A stretch of DNA of 64,000 bases from a virus, in IMG/VR virus record IMGVR_UViG_3300027917_001949, positions 32,001 to 96,000 of that record, one strand, 5' to 3'. Below, one piece after another: positions 46,396-56,148 of the stretch (the first letter of the stretch is position 1; each line of letters starts with the position of its first letter). A program made the translations under genes and the position numbers. A model generated the notes under the pieces. That model saw only the letters and a program-made list of their open reading frames with translations. It was not told the origin of the DNA and did not search any database.

Positions 46396-46710
46396 TTACC
46401 TCGTTGTAAAGCATGTAAATCTGTATCGACATCCGTCACACACAGTCTCACACGCTAGTTTTATTTCAGATTCAAATGCTATAAACCCGTTCGGACTAAT
46501 ACGATATACTGTTTCAGTATGATATGTATGGCTAGCATCGGATATTTCCTGTATCCTCCGTAACCCGTCGAACCACATTCGTTCGTGAGGACGAGTAGAT
46601 ACAACTGGGTCACCAACTTTTAATGGTCGGTGCTGTGTATAGAATAGTTTAACCTTATCCACTATCTCCATTATATCACATCTTACCACTTTTGTCAAGT
46701 CTACGTGCAA
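46396..46710 (-). CDS. Protein with C-terminal CxxCxxRFxC motif
   Basis: CETVCDGCRYRFTCFTT; true start probably downstream of the internal promoter. Confidence 0.6.
   Translation of the reverse strand: MHVDLTKVVRCDIMEIVDKVKLFYTQHRPLKVGDPVVSTRPHERMWFDGLRRIQEISDASHTYHTETVYRISPNGFIAFESEIKLACETVCDGCRYRFTCFTTR
46670..46698 (-). promoter_or_regulatory. Sigma70-type promoter
   Basis: TTGACA-17-TATAAT with TG on -. Confidence 0.75.
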
Positions 46711-47389
46711 ATATATGTTTCTGAGTACCTTTACCCCATTCCTTGTTTAACCATTTAGCATGGTCACCCGAACGTCTACAGGTAACTCCCTGTGTCAATC
46801 CGAGGTAATCCCAGTTATCTGCTTTGTATAATGCCCCGTCTCTTGGTGGTTCGACAAAAGTCACCAACCCAATCAACGGGAAGTTATACTTACGTTCATA
46901 ATCTTGCTGTACCGTCTGCCGGAATAGTTTAAGTACTCTCGTACCAAGATTCTTTTCGTGAAGTATCAGATTGAAGACATTATTGTTCATCCAGTTATCT
47001 TCGGTGTAGCCTTCAAAGTATTCATTAAACTTCTTGTAGTTTATCGGTGGACTGTTAGCTCCAACAATACCTGCCACTTCTCCTCGTAACCATATCAGGT
47101 AGTGACACTGCCTACCAACTACACCCTTACTTTGTGGATAATGCGTAAGAAATAAATTTGCGTATACTTTGTGACCCTTTGGAACAGCTTCAAGTTCTAG
47201 GTCATTATCCCACGTATCACGGTGAGGCATTTCTAGGTCTGGGGTAAATACCATTCCACCGTGCCCTTTTCCTGGACGTTTTGGTTTGGCATCCCAACAA
47301 GCACGGCAATAGAACTTTCCCCACGTTTCGATTACTTTACCACGTGTACCGCATACGCCACAGACTTCGTTTTGAAATACTTTACCCAT
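46676..47389 (-). CDS. DUF4338/Mom-like GNAT-fold protein
   Basis: THY..VGRQCHYLI..NNNVF..LVTFVEP..GALYKADNWDYLGLTQG. Confidence 0.65.
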   Translation of the reverse strand: MGKVFQNEVCGVCGTRGKVIETWGKFYCRACWDAKPKRPGKGHGGMVFTPDLEMPHRDTWDNDLELEAVPKGHKVYANLFLTHYPQSKGVVGRQCHYLIWLRGEVAGIVGANSPPINYKKFNEYFEGYTEDNWMNNNVFNLILHEKNLGTRVLKLFRQTVQQDYERKYNFPLIGLVTFVEPPRDGALYKADNWDYLGLTQGVTCRRSGDHAKWLNKEWGKGTQKHIFARRLDKSGKM

Positions 47390-47600
47390 TTATAATGTGT
47401 CTTCCAAAACTTATTTTATTCCAGATTCGTTCAAACCCGTAATGCAATAAAAAGCATATAACTTCAAAGGAGATAGCTAAACCTATCGCTATGTGTGGTT
47501 CGACGAAAAAGGAGAGAATACCGAAGTCAACTCCTATTTCAATGAGTCTAAAGGAGATAGCTTTTATAAGTGACCTTGTGTGTGTTTCATTTATCCGCAT
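47382..47600 (-). CDS. DUF2061 membrane protein
   Basis: ETHTRSLIKAISFR..LHYGFERIWNKISFG. Confidence 0.8.
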   Translation of the reverse strand: MRINETHTRSLIKAISFRLIEIGVDFGILSFFVEPHIAIGLAISFEVICFLLHYGFERIWNKISFGRHIING

Positions 47601-47731
47601 TTATTAAATACTCCACAACACCCTAGAATTGAGATAATCACCAAAACTATTAAAGCTATCGTGATAAACCTATCCATTCCCTTGGGTACTTTCTGATTTG
47701 TACTTCCGCTACCTATTGCTGGCATATTGCT

Positions 47732-48217
47732 TTATCCAAACGCTACTTTACCTTTTTCTTCTGCTGTTGTTTTACCTCGGTACGTTCCCTTCTCGTCGAT
47801 TAGAATACCGTCAAGATGGTCTACCTCATGTTCAACCACACTTGTTTCATGGACATCACGACACCTGAACTTTAGTGGTCTACCGTGAATGTCTTCACCG
47901 TACAGGGTAAGTCGTTGTGGTCGCTTAACTTCATATACTTTGTTACCTAAGCTCAGGCAACTTTCATGTACTTTAATCGAACCTTTTCGATGTTTGATAT
48001 GCGGGTTAATAATAGTATGCTCTCTGCCACGCAGCATTACAGTGATAATTCGCAACAACTCACCTACTTGTGGCGCAGCAAGACCGACACCATTATGCTC
48101 TTGACGTACTCGTGACATTTCCTCTGCTACCTCACGAGCATGTTCCATAGCTTCTTCCTCTTCTTCGACAGGAAGAGCTTTTTGTCGTAGAGTTGGGTCT
48201 GGGTCTTTTATTAACAT
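47732..48217 (-). CDS. def: Peptide deformylase
   Basis: DPTLR, GVGLAAPQVG, ESCLS, HEVDHLDGIL; RBS ggagg. Confidence 0.9.
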   Translation of the reverse strand: MLIKDPDPTLRQKALPVEEEEEAMEHAREVAEEMSRVRQEHNGVGLAAPQVGELLRIITVMLRGREHTIINPHIKHRKGSIKVHESCLSLGNKVYEVKRPQRLTLYGEDIHGRPLKFRCRDVHETSVVEHEVDHLDGILIDEKGTYRGKTTAEEKGKVAFG

Positions 48218-48370
48218 TATTCCTCCCTCACTAGGTCTACAGTTTCTTCCAATACCCACCGCAAGGTTTCAATTTCTCGGTGAATACCGGATGCCTCGAT
48301 GAGTGATGCATACTTTAACATCTCAGTTAGATTTCGAATTCTTGCTCGAATTTCCTCTTCTGTTTTCATC

Positions 48371-48934
48371 TTACCCCCATTGCTCTGCCCATGCTTCCGC
48401 TATGCCCGTGTATGTTACACTTCGTTTCTTCCACCTATCTTCTGATGGTGATTCATGGTGTACTCGTGGTACTCGACCATCAACAAGATTAGTCGGTTCA
48501 AGTAATGGCAGGTTCTTTAACCATAAGCACGTTGCTTTAGTTTCCCCATGACCGAATTGATATGGTTGTATCTTTTGGTCATAAGTTCTACCAATAATTT
48601 CAACAGCGTATTTATGCGGGATGGGATTCTCCACGGCTATCTTATCGATTGGTGCTTCAAGCAAATCTCTAAAGAATATTGCACCATCCATCATGTCATC
48701 CCATCTACCATCCACTTCATACAACCACCGTACTCCGCTGTTGCAAAGGTACGTACAAGGTGGGTGAGCAATCATCATGTCCCAACCATCGTCTAACCAG
48801 TCAAAGATGTTGCCCTGAATATGTTTTCCAGGGATGTCAGTTGGCAATAAATCGCAACTCCAGGCATCATGACCCTTACGGGCAAATGCTTCTCTCACGA
48901 CACCGCTAAACTCACATGCTATTATAATTCGCAA
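48371..48934 (-). CDS. Phage DNA cytosine methyltransferase-like protein
   Basis: IACEFSG, SCDL, AHPPCTYL, VENP, KATCLW, RSVTY. Confidence 0.7.
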   Translation of the reverse strand: MRIIIACEFSGVVREAFARKGHDAWSCDLLPTDIPGKHIQGNIFDWLDDGWDMMIAHPPCTYLCNSGVRWLYEVDGRWDDMMDGAIFFRDLLEAPIDKIAVENPIPHKYAVEIIGRTYDQKIQPYQFGHGETKATCLWLKNLPLLEPTNLVDGRVPRVHHESPSEDRWKKRSVTYTGIAEAWAEQWG

Positions 48935-49200
48935 GCTATAGCCTCTTTCAATACATTGAATACGAAGGGTATAGTATTTATCTCGTGGTCTACGATTTCG
49001 TACAGTTGTTCCCAACCATCCCAACTAAGTTGGTATCCAGCACCATAGACAGCTTGGAAGTTTAATCCATAGTGTTGTCTTGAGAACCGACCCGCATACC
49101 ATCTACCATGAATCTTGGCAAGATAATACCATTCCAGACTTATGTCTGGATGTTCGCATCCATTTATTTTCTCTAAATCTATTGGTTTCAACTTAACCAT
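48922..49200 (-). CDS. Hypothetical protein
   Basis: Coupled ORF. Confidence 0.5.
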   Translation of the reverse strand: MVKLKPIDLEKINGCEHPDISLEWYYLAKIHGRWYAGRFSRQHYGLNFQAVYGAGYQLSWDGWEQLYEIVDHEINTIPFVFNVLKEAIACEL

Positions 49201-49201
49201 T

Positions 49202-49651
49202 TTACCAATTTCCTCGCTCGGTAAAACATTTAAACCGAGCTTCGCAATTCCTGCATATCTCCTCTGGTAATTCTTCGTATGACCAGCATACTTTTAACGT
49301 GGTGTCACATTCTTTACAAGTAGGAAAGTAATGTATTGGCGACGTATAGGTAGTATCTATGATGGTTTTGCACGTCGTACAATACCAACGTGTAACTTTA
49401 CTTTCCCCGACGTTCTCTTTTACTCCAATATAATCTAATCCGAAAGGAGTGTGATTAAACCACAATCCACAGCGTGGATTGGCACATTTGATATTGATTG
49501 ACATACCACCACTTGGACCTTCGTACCACTGGTTGCCACCACAGTTTGGACATACTACCGATTTTGGTTGTTCATCAGGTTCGACCACTAACTCACCGTG
49601 ATTTGTCGGATACCGCATGATAATTCTTTTTAGTGTGTCAAGCATTTTCAT
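49202..49651 (-). CDS. Double Zn-ribbon protein with C-terminal CxxCxxRFxC motif
   Basis: CRNCEARFKCFT. Confidence 0.65.
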   Translation of the reverse strand: MKMLDTLKRIIMRYPTNHGELVVEPDEQPKSVVCPNCGGNQWYEGPSGGMSINIKCANPRCGLWFNHTPFGLDYIGVKENVGESKVTRWYCTTCKTIIDTTYTSPIHYFPTCKECDTTLKVCWSYEELPEEICRNCEARFKCFTERGNW

Positions 49652-49874
49652 TTATATGCTCCATATCGATGATACCATATTTGTCATAGTAAGCCCAATA
49701 CATCGCACTTTTTATCGGTCTACTAGCTGTCCAACATTTGAACCGCAAGTCACACTCAGAACACAAGTGTAGGCTGTTCTCTCGTTTTAACCATTCTTGA
49801 CATTTGCTAAAATTATAGTCGTTCACTTGAAAATCACTTATGTGTATGTCACCAGCTAGGTATACGTCTATCAT
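49638..49874 (-). CDS. Small protein with CxxCxxRFxC motif
   Basis: CSECDLRFKCWT. Confidence 0.6.
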   Translation of the reverse strand: MIDVYLAGDIHISDFQVNDYNFSKCQEWLKRENSLHLCSECDLRFKCWTASRPIKSAMYWAYYDKYGIIDMEHINENA

Positions 49875-50069
49875 CCAACTAACTCGTCAATACAATTATT
49901 ATGCCTCGCAGCAATCTGACGGGAAAGTGACTCGGCTTTTTCTACCGTCTTCGGGTCGGAAGAGTTATACGGTAGACACGCAATCTCCCCAACACCTGCT
50001 TGCCAGATGATGTATCCAGATTTCTGGGGTTCTTTGTTTGTAATCCATTTATAATTTTCCATAATCTTT

Positions 50070-50131
50070 TGGAGTAACTACAGGGTTCGAACCTGTACAA
50101 CGTATGCTACAACGAACTTCACGCAGTTACC
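50070..50131 (-). ncRNA. Mini tRNA-like element (acceptor + T arm + CCA)
   Basis: On -: gtaact...acagg-ttcgaac-cctgt-agttac-t-cca. Confidence 0.45.
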
Positions 50132-50226
50132 GGTTTACCTCCACAGCTATTAACGACCATTCATCAATTGACTTAACCATGTTAAGCAGTTCGTTCCTTT
50201 TTAGGAGTGCCACCAGCGTGTCTACC

Positions 50227-50758
50227 TCATTTCACCAAGCTACTCACAACTCCTTCTTTTCCTATAAGGATGATGTCATCACTTATGGGTTTTAAACGTT
50301 CTAATGGTGCACCGACGTACATCCACTTTCTGCCATCAGCATCAGTACAAAGGACTTCGAACCCATACATCATACTACCATTAACCTGAATGTCAGAGAT
50401 TATTCCTATGACGGGGTCTTCGTGTTTTGTAGTGTATGGGTAATCCGTAACGATTACTTCGTCACCAATATTAAGGTTACCGAACAGTTTATTAATTGCC
50501 TCGTCTCTAGTCATCCTCATCCTTCCAAAACGCTTCTTTTGGGGGGAACATGCATGTAGAATACATTGCTCTATGTTCAAACTCGGCACGAGTTATTAGT
50601 TCCTCGTACCAGCTATACTGAAAGTTCTTTCTATCCCAACCATCAGGGTCATAGATAGTTACATTACTTTCCTTCTGCCATTCCTCAGAAGTTTTCACGT
50701 CTTCTTCGTGCAACCACTCGATAAGCTCTTCGGCTGAATCGAAGGTTCTATTCTCCAT
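50227..50758 (-). other. Two small hypothetical CDSs (50227-~50514, 50507-50758)
   Basis: Coupled ORFs; the second has IYDPDGWDR..ITRAEF. Confidence 0.55.
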
Positions 50759-51023
50759 CTTCTACCTTTTTCAACATTATCTCAGCTATCTCACGAGCCA
50801 CGGACGGTTTGATTATAATGTTCTGCCCTTTTCCAGGAAATTTCTCACCGTTCTGTCGTTCTTTCCAGACTCGCAATTGGATAAACTCGTGACCGTAGCA
50901 ACGTACCTTCGATACACGTACAGTCGAGTACTTGTTCTTGGTTACTTCACCAAGTTCCTCAAGTAATCTGTATTTCTCTTTCTCATCAAATTCTTTATCT
51001 ACTTCACCAAATGACATAATCAA
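50748..51023 (-). CDS. PC4/YdbC-like ssDNA-binding protein
   Basis: VRVSKV..GHEFIQLRVW..GEKFPGKG. Confidence 0.65.
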   Translation of the reverse strand: MIMSFGEVDKEFDEKEKYRLLEELGEVTKNKYSTVRVSKVRCYGHEFIQLRVWKERQNGEKFPGKGQNIIIKPSVAREIAEIMLKKVEDGE

Positions 51024-51402
51024 CTCCGGTGGCTCATAATTTCGCTTATCAATTCTCCGGTGGAGACGTAGTAAGCTTCATCATCCTCAAACTCTAATAC
51101 CAATCCAAGAATTAGATGGTCAGACTCAGTATCTACAAGAAGAGATAAAACGCACTTCTCTCCGCTTGTCTCATTATCACCACGAGCCATCGGTATTCGT
51201 TGAGCATCAGTATTTGAATCAAACTTCTCTATCTTCATGAGTTAAAAACTCTCCCACACTCTGTTACCAACCCGATAATCGCAAGTATAACGATGGAACA
51301 TAAGAAAAGTAATAACACCAATTCCTGTTTTGTCATTTTACTTCCAATTTCCAAATAATAGATATGCAAGAGCAAGCACTAAACACACTATCTGTACCGT
51401 AT

Positions 51403-51612
51403 TCATGCTTTCGGTTTCCTCCCTCGACCAGACCACTTACCGGTTGTCTCATGTTCCTGCATCCACTTAAGTATGCTAGTCGCTAAAAAGACTCGCTTAT
51501 TACCTAAGCGAACCACTGGAAAGTCATTATCACGAATCAATCTTGCCAGTTGATTCTGGTCAATATTCAGGAGTTCAAGGAGTCTATCCTCACTCCATAT
51601 TTCTGATTCCAT
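51403..51612 (-). CDS. Excisionase-like HTH DNA-binding protein
   Basis: LLELLNI..L.RLIR..FPVVRLG..RVF..ILKWM. Confidence 0.7.
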   Translation of the reverse strand: MESEIWSEDRLLELLNIDQNQLARLIRDNDFPVVRLGNKRVFLATSILKWMQEHETTGKWSGRGRKPKA

Positions 51613-51616
51613 ATAA

Positions 51617-52218
51617 TTATATAGTCTGTAACAATTTCAGGCAGGATTTTGATTTGAGGCAATTCAAACCCGATTTTTGAGCGTGAACTATTACCTTTTC
51701 TAACTTACTTTTTGAAGTCCGTGGGAAGTAGAGGTCCACTGCCACCGTACGGACTGAACGTTCGCTTTTCCCCCAGACTTCGTACGGGATTTCTTTAATC
51801 GCTTTTTCTTTGAGGATTTCTCTGAGGTCTTGACTCGTCGTGTAGAGGACGACTGTTTGGTTGTCCCCGAATTCCCTGATTTCCGTGACCTCTTGAGTCC
51901 TATCAGTTTCGCTTTTATTGGATGTTTCTTGTACTCTTCCCATTGCTCTTCACTTAAGGCACAGGGATATGCTTCCGATGTGCCGTCCTTTCCTGCTTTG
52001 AATAAAGTAATCCAATAGAGTTTGCCATCAAAAAAGATGTCACCCTGTTCACCCCACACGTCATCAACCCACCTGCTGGTAGGATTTCGTGGGGTACTGA
52101 CTCCCTTACTTTTCTTTCGCTTCTTCTTAGGCTTTCCATTTAATACCTGTTCTCTAGCCTTCTTCTCCGCTTTCTGTATTTTCTTACGTATATTGGTTCT
52201 CAATATCCACCCCGACAT
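51617..52218 (-). other. Two overlapping hypothetical CDSs (51617-51943 and 51700-52218)
   Basis: Different frames on the same strand, 244-nt overlap. Confidence 0.5.
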
Positions 52219-52541
52219 GTTAATCGCAGAATCTTGTGCTCATCACCCTGCTCTACCACAGTCTCGATAACTACTCCCCAAAACAAATCCATTTCATTAT
52301 ACCTTACCATTAATCGCTGCCCCATCAGACAGTCTACCGAGGTGGTCGATGGTATAATTGCTTTAACATAAGCTTCCGGCAACCCAGTGATGCGCTGTGA
52401 AATGTCATATTGAAGCCAGTACATCACCTCAAATTTACGGGTTGTCCAGCACTTAAATCGATTATTACAACTATCACACTTTGAGGCATCCAAATGTACC
52501 ATGGTGATACTAATATCGATACTATTAATTTGATTTCGCAC
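52200..52541 (-). CDS. Protein with CxxCxxRFxC motif
   Basis: CDSCNNRFKCWT. Confidence 0.6.
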   Translation of the reverse strand: MRNQINSIDISITMVHLDASKCDSCNNRFKCWTTRKFEVMYWLQYDISQRITGLPEAYVKAIIPSTTSVDCLMGQRLMVRYNEMDLFWGVVIETVVEQGDEHKILRLTCRGGY

Positions 52542-52743
52542 CTAGTTCTTCTATCACTTTCAATAAATCACTGAGCTTGGTTTGCGTTTCTAGTCCGACA
52601 CGCATATCAATGTCATCCCCACCGTCTCGTTCAGTGTAACATCGGAATCGCTTATTACAAGTCTTACACTCGTCCGGTGCGGTTTGCATTTTAGTGCATC
52701 TGGTTATAATTAGTGCATCATCTTCCCAGTCAAATACTATCAT
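52525..52743 (-). CDS. Small protein with CxxCxxRFxC motif
   Basis: CKTCNKRFRCYT. Confidence 0.65.
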   Translation of the reverse strand: MIVFDWEDDALIITRCTKMQTAPDECKTCNKRFRCYTERDGGDDIDMRVGLETQTKLSDLLKVIEELGAKSN

Positions 52744-52973
52744 ATCAGATAATTCTTCCCGTCATCCAGACCGTTTTGAATACGTATGGCAAACTGACGA
52801 ATCTCCATGATGGTTTCATCGTCTTGCTTCCATTTACTGGTGATGTCTTCTGGCATGTCACTCCAGGCAATGGTCATTTCCTCGGCAAATCTTAAGACCC
52901 GAAGCAACGTCCAGTAATCGTCATCTTCGAACAGGACTTTATACTGACACTCAGTCTCGTTCTTCACTGTCAT
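52740..52973 (-). CDS. Hypothetical protein, probably leaderless
   Basis: ATG 5 nt after the -10 box. Confidence 0.6.
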   Translation of the reverse strand: MTVKNETECQYKVLFEDDDYWTLLRVLRFAEEMTIAWSDMPEDITSKWKQDDETIMEIRQFAIRIQNGLDDGKNYLI

Positions 52974-52978
52974 ATCTT

Positions 52979-53007
52979 ATTATACCACGTGTTGAGCTAT
53001 TTGTCAA
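52979..53007 (-). promoter_or_regulatory. Sigma70-type promoter
   Basis: TTGACA-17-TATAAT with TG on -. Confidence 0.8.
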
Positions 53008-53392
53008 GTGCTTTGACCATCTCTCGATAGTCGGTATACTTTTCTCGTATCTCTGCTAACACTTCTTCCTTTGAGAGTCCGAATTTATCCAGTAGGTAGT
53101 TTCGCATGTCGAAGTCACGAATATATTCGAACTGACATAAAGGACAATATTTTGATGGAAGCTCGTACCTCAAGTCGTAGAGGTCATCGCTTTCCTCGTC
53201 CTCACCGGCAAACTTTGCGTCAAGCTCACCTTTATTGAGTACATATTCTTCAAGGAAAGTGTGCCCCATTTCACACTGGTACATCTCAGCTTCGTCGAGA
53301 CTCATGTCCCAACCGGATGCTTCCTCGCCGGTAATATCACAGATATAACTACTAGAACTAGAGTTACTTACGAATCCTCGTCTTATTCTCAT
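52997..53392 (-). CDS. FVSNSSS-leader protein 1
   Basis: MRIRRGFVSNSSSSSY. Confidence 0.75.
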   Translation of the reverse strand: MRIRRGFVSNSSSSSYICDITGEEASGWDMSLDEAEMYQCEMGHTFLEEYVLNKGELDAKFAGEDEESDDLYDLRYELPSKYCPLCQFEYIRDFDMRNYLLDKFGLSKEEVLAEIREKYTDYREMVKALDK

Positions 53393-53399
53393 TACTCAC

Positions 53400-53648
53400 C
53401 TACCAATCAAATTCACAAGGTATGTTGTTGTCCCTGAGATATTTGTGTATTATCTCGTCGTGAATACTCACCTGACCATGAAAGTGCTTCTCACTCTCAT
53501 AAACATCAGTATCACCACTACTATCGAAGTCCTCCGCTTCACGAATCGCTTCACGGAATCCCTCTATCTGTTCCTCTGTCATGTCGCACTTATCGAGCAC
53601 GAATGAAGAGGAACTGGAATTACTTACAAAACCATCTCTAATCTTCAT
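53400..53648 (-). CDS. FVSNSSS-leader protein 2
   Basis: MKIRDGFVSNSSSSSF. Confidence 0.75.
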   Translation of the reverse strand: MKIRDGFVSNSSSSSFVLDKCDMTEEQIEGFREAIREAEDFDSSGDTDVYESEKHFHGQVSIHDEIIHKYLRDNNIPCEFDW

Positions 53649-54022
53649 TAGTCCGAACTCGTCTCCCCGTAGTCTAGGTCAACTTCGTTCTTAGTAAAGG
53701 TGACACCGTACCCTGCCGCAATCTTAATGAATTCTTTCTTGAGGTCATCAAGTGACTGACCAGCACGAAAACCACTTTCAGCTTCGACCCCTACAGCATA
53801 CGGGCTATAGTCCTGCATAAGTTGACCATCGTCAGCAGTCTCGTAGTCAGCCTCGTTACCAATGAATACCAATCGTTTACCCTCATTGAGACCACCCCAT
53901 CCCCACTTAGCTTCATCCTTTTCGGCTAACTCTCGGAGTCTCGGGTCACCGTAGTTGGCAACACCGACAATCATGTAGCTACTTGAACTACTATTACTTA
54001 CAAACCCTGCTCTTACTTTCAT
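53648..54022 (-). CDS. FVSNSSS-leader protein 3
   Basis: MKVRAGFVSNSSSSSY. Confidence 0.75.
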   Translation of the reverse strand: MKVRAGFVSNSSSSSYMIVGVANYGDPRLRELAEKDEAKWGWGGLNEGKRLVFIGNEADYETADDGQLMQDYSPYAVGVEAESGFRAGQSLDDLKKEFIKIAAGYGVTFTKNEVDLDYGETSSD

Positions 54023-54398
54023 TTTACCTTACCTTTCCGCAAGTCGGACAAATTTTCAACGACCAATACTTGTCTTGCCACTCTTTCAAGATACCTGAAT
54101 CGGTTTTCATATGCTTCACGGTGGCATATCTCAGGTCATCCATTTCGTCCACACTTTTAGCGTTATTAATTAACTGTCGTAATTCTGCGACTGTATCTAT
54201 TTGTCTCGCAACCATCCCTTTTCCCCTAGCTGTTTCCACGCATCATCATAATTTCGTGCATTAACAAGTTCGACATCATCTATATCAGCCGTACCGTCTT
54301 GTCTGATGTCTTCAAGAACGTCATTGACACTTTGTATGTCATTTGCGTTATAGATGACGACTCCACTTATTTTGTACGCTATAAATTTACCCATTTTA

Positions 54399-54758
54399 TC
54401 ACCCCATATGTACTCGTGTGGCGTCATATGCTTCTTCGATTATTTCAAATAATGCATACGGTATAGTATTGTCGCTATGGCTGTAGATAATCACCTTACC
54501 CACCAAATCGTCGTTCTCTTGTAGTTTTGACGTCCTATAATATCCTAAATAATTTCTCAAAGTATCTGTGTTAGTGTTTTTATCAATTTTAATAGGTGTG
54601 TCAAATACTGCGTGAAACGCATACTCATGTCCGGTCATGACGTTGTAAAGCATTAGTAACCACCTGAGTTCGGTCTCTATTTGTTCTGGTTCTCTGTCCG
54701 TTTCACAAATAAACGCTTCACTAGAACTATTGCTTACGAACCCTATTCTAATCTTCAT
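54399..54758 (-). CDS. FVSNSSS-leader protein 4
   Basis: MKIRIGFVSNSSSEAF. Confidence 0.75.
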   Translation of the reverse strand: MKIRIGFVSNSSSEAFICETDREPEQIETELRWLLMLYNVMTGHEYAFHAVFDTPIKIDKNTNTDTLRNYLGYYRTSKLQENDDLVGKVIIYSHSDNTIPYALFEIIEEAYDATRVHMG

Positions 54759-54979
54759 TCTACTGCTACTACTGCGGTAACTTCGGGAATTTCGTGCTGT
54801 AGTATCCTCTCAATCCCTATTTTTAGAGTTAGGGATGCCATGGCACACCCATCACACGCACCTTTGAGCCTGACCGACACTATACCATCATCAGTAACAT
54901 CGACAAGCTCAACATCGCCGCCATCACGGATTAACATCGGTCTTATGTATTCTAGTATTTCTTCTACTTTCTCTCTCAT
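54755..54979 (-). CDS. NifU/NfuA C-terminal domain Fe-S carrier
   Basis: IRPMLIRDGGDVELVDV..VRLKGACDGC..TLKIGIER. Confidence 0.9.
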   Translation of the reverse strand: MREKVEEILEYIRPMLIRDGGDVELVDVTDDGIVSVRLKGACDGCAMASLTLKIGIERILQHEIPEVTAVVAVE

Positions 54980-55302
54980 AACAATTCCTTTATTCTTTCC
55001 CTATTAACCAAGTAGATAGCTCCCTCTTCAGGTCCGGCTAATATCTCAACACCAACATCATACTCATTGAGTACCTCGCTCAGAACGATGATAGAATCAT
55101 TATCATCTTCCTCATACAACACCCCTTTATCAATAAGTTTCTTGAAGCTGTGTTGAACGTCCTCGACTGTTACTTCAAGCTCGTAGGGGTAGTTCTCGAT
55201 AGCTTTCTCGATGTCACCATCCGATAATGTAAAGTTATCCGGTAGCAATACCATGAACGAACTACTTGAACTGTTGGATACAAAACCATTTCTTATTTTC
55301 AT
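54976..55302 (-). CDS. FVSNSSS-leader protein 5
   Basis: MKIRNGFVSNSSSSSF. Confidence 0.75.
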   Translation of the reverse strand: MKIRNGFVSNSSSSSFMVLLPDNFTLSDGDIEKAIENYPYELEVTVEDVQHSFKKLIDKGVLYEEDDNDSIIVLSEVLNEYDVGVEILAGPEEGAIYLVNRERIKELL

Positions 55303-55450
55303 CTTCTCAATTCCTTTATTAACGCACTACAACGTTTATAGTACTTACATTTTTTACCAGTGCAATCGAAGTATCTACTCAGTCCACTCATAGTACTAAG
55401 ACTACGTTCCAGACAAGCTACTAAATCTTTAGCCTCGGTTAGACTGAGCA

Positions 55451-55813
55451 TTAAAACCCTTCCTCGCTATGAATTATGTCGATTCCTGGCGTTTCTGGTA
55501 TACCGTGGTTACATAAGAATGCTGCCAAGTCATCCCCATCATCTGTATAGAAGTTACCGACAAGTATTTTATTACCCTCATTCAATGATGCTATACACCG
55601 GTCATACTCGTTCTGTACGTACTCGTCACGTTCACCGTACTGCCAGTATATTTCTTCAAAGTATGCGTCTAAAGCTTCTTTACTTTCGATTACTTCATTT
55701 GCATATTGCGACAAGTCAACCCGTATATGTAGAACAATCTCTGTCGCATCCTGTACTCCGATAATAAAACTGGTCGAGCTTGAATTACTAACAAACCCGC
55801 TTCTCGTTTTCAT
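55451..55813 (-). CDS. FVSNSSS-leader protein 6
   Basis: MKTRSGFVSNSSSTSF; RBS ggagg. Confidence 0.75.
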   Translation of the reverse strand: MKTRSGFVSNSSSTSFIIGVQDATEIVLHIRVDLSQYANEVIESKEALDAYFEEIYWQYGERDEYVQNEYDRCIASLNEGNKILVGNFYTDDGDDLAAFLCNHGIPETPGIDIIHSEEGF

Positions 55814-56148
55814 AGTCCCTCCTGACTTTTGCACAAATTTCTATGATGTTCTCTTGTGCCGTTATTAAACCATTGATAAGTTTAAGTTCTTTCTCCAATT
55901 GGTCACGTACACCGATTAAATCTTTTTGAAGTAACTCAAACTCAAAGGCTGCTTTATTTATTTTAGCTATAAATTCTTCATTCATTCTATTGGATACTCA
56001 TAGAAATACAGTTTCCACGGTTTCTCCTTATTCGATGCTTTAAACCGTAATGTGCAATAAAACGGTGCAGGGTTACCCTCATCGTTCCAAAACCATTGTT
56101 CTTCTAGTGCGTGCTTTCTATACTTGAATGTTTTCGTCGCACAGTACT

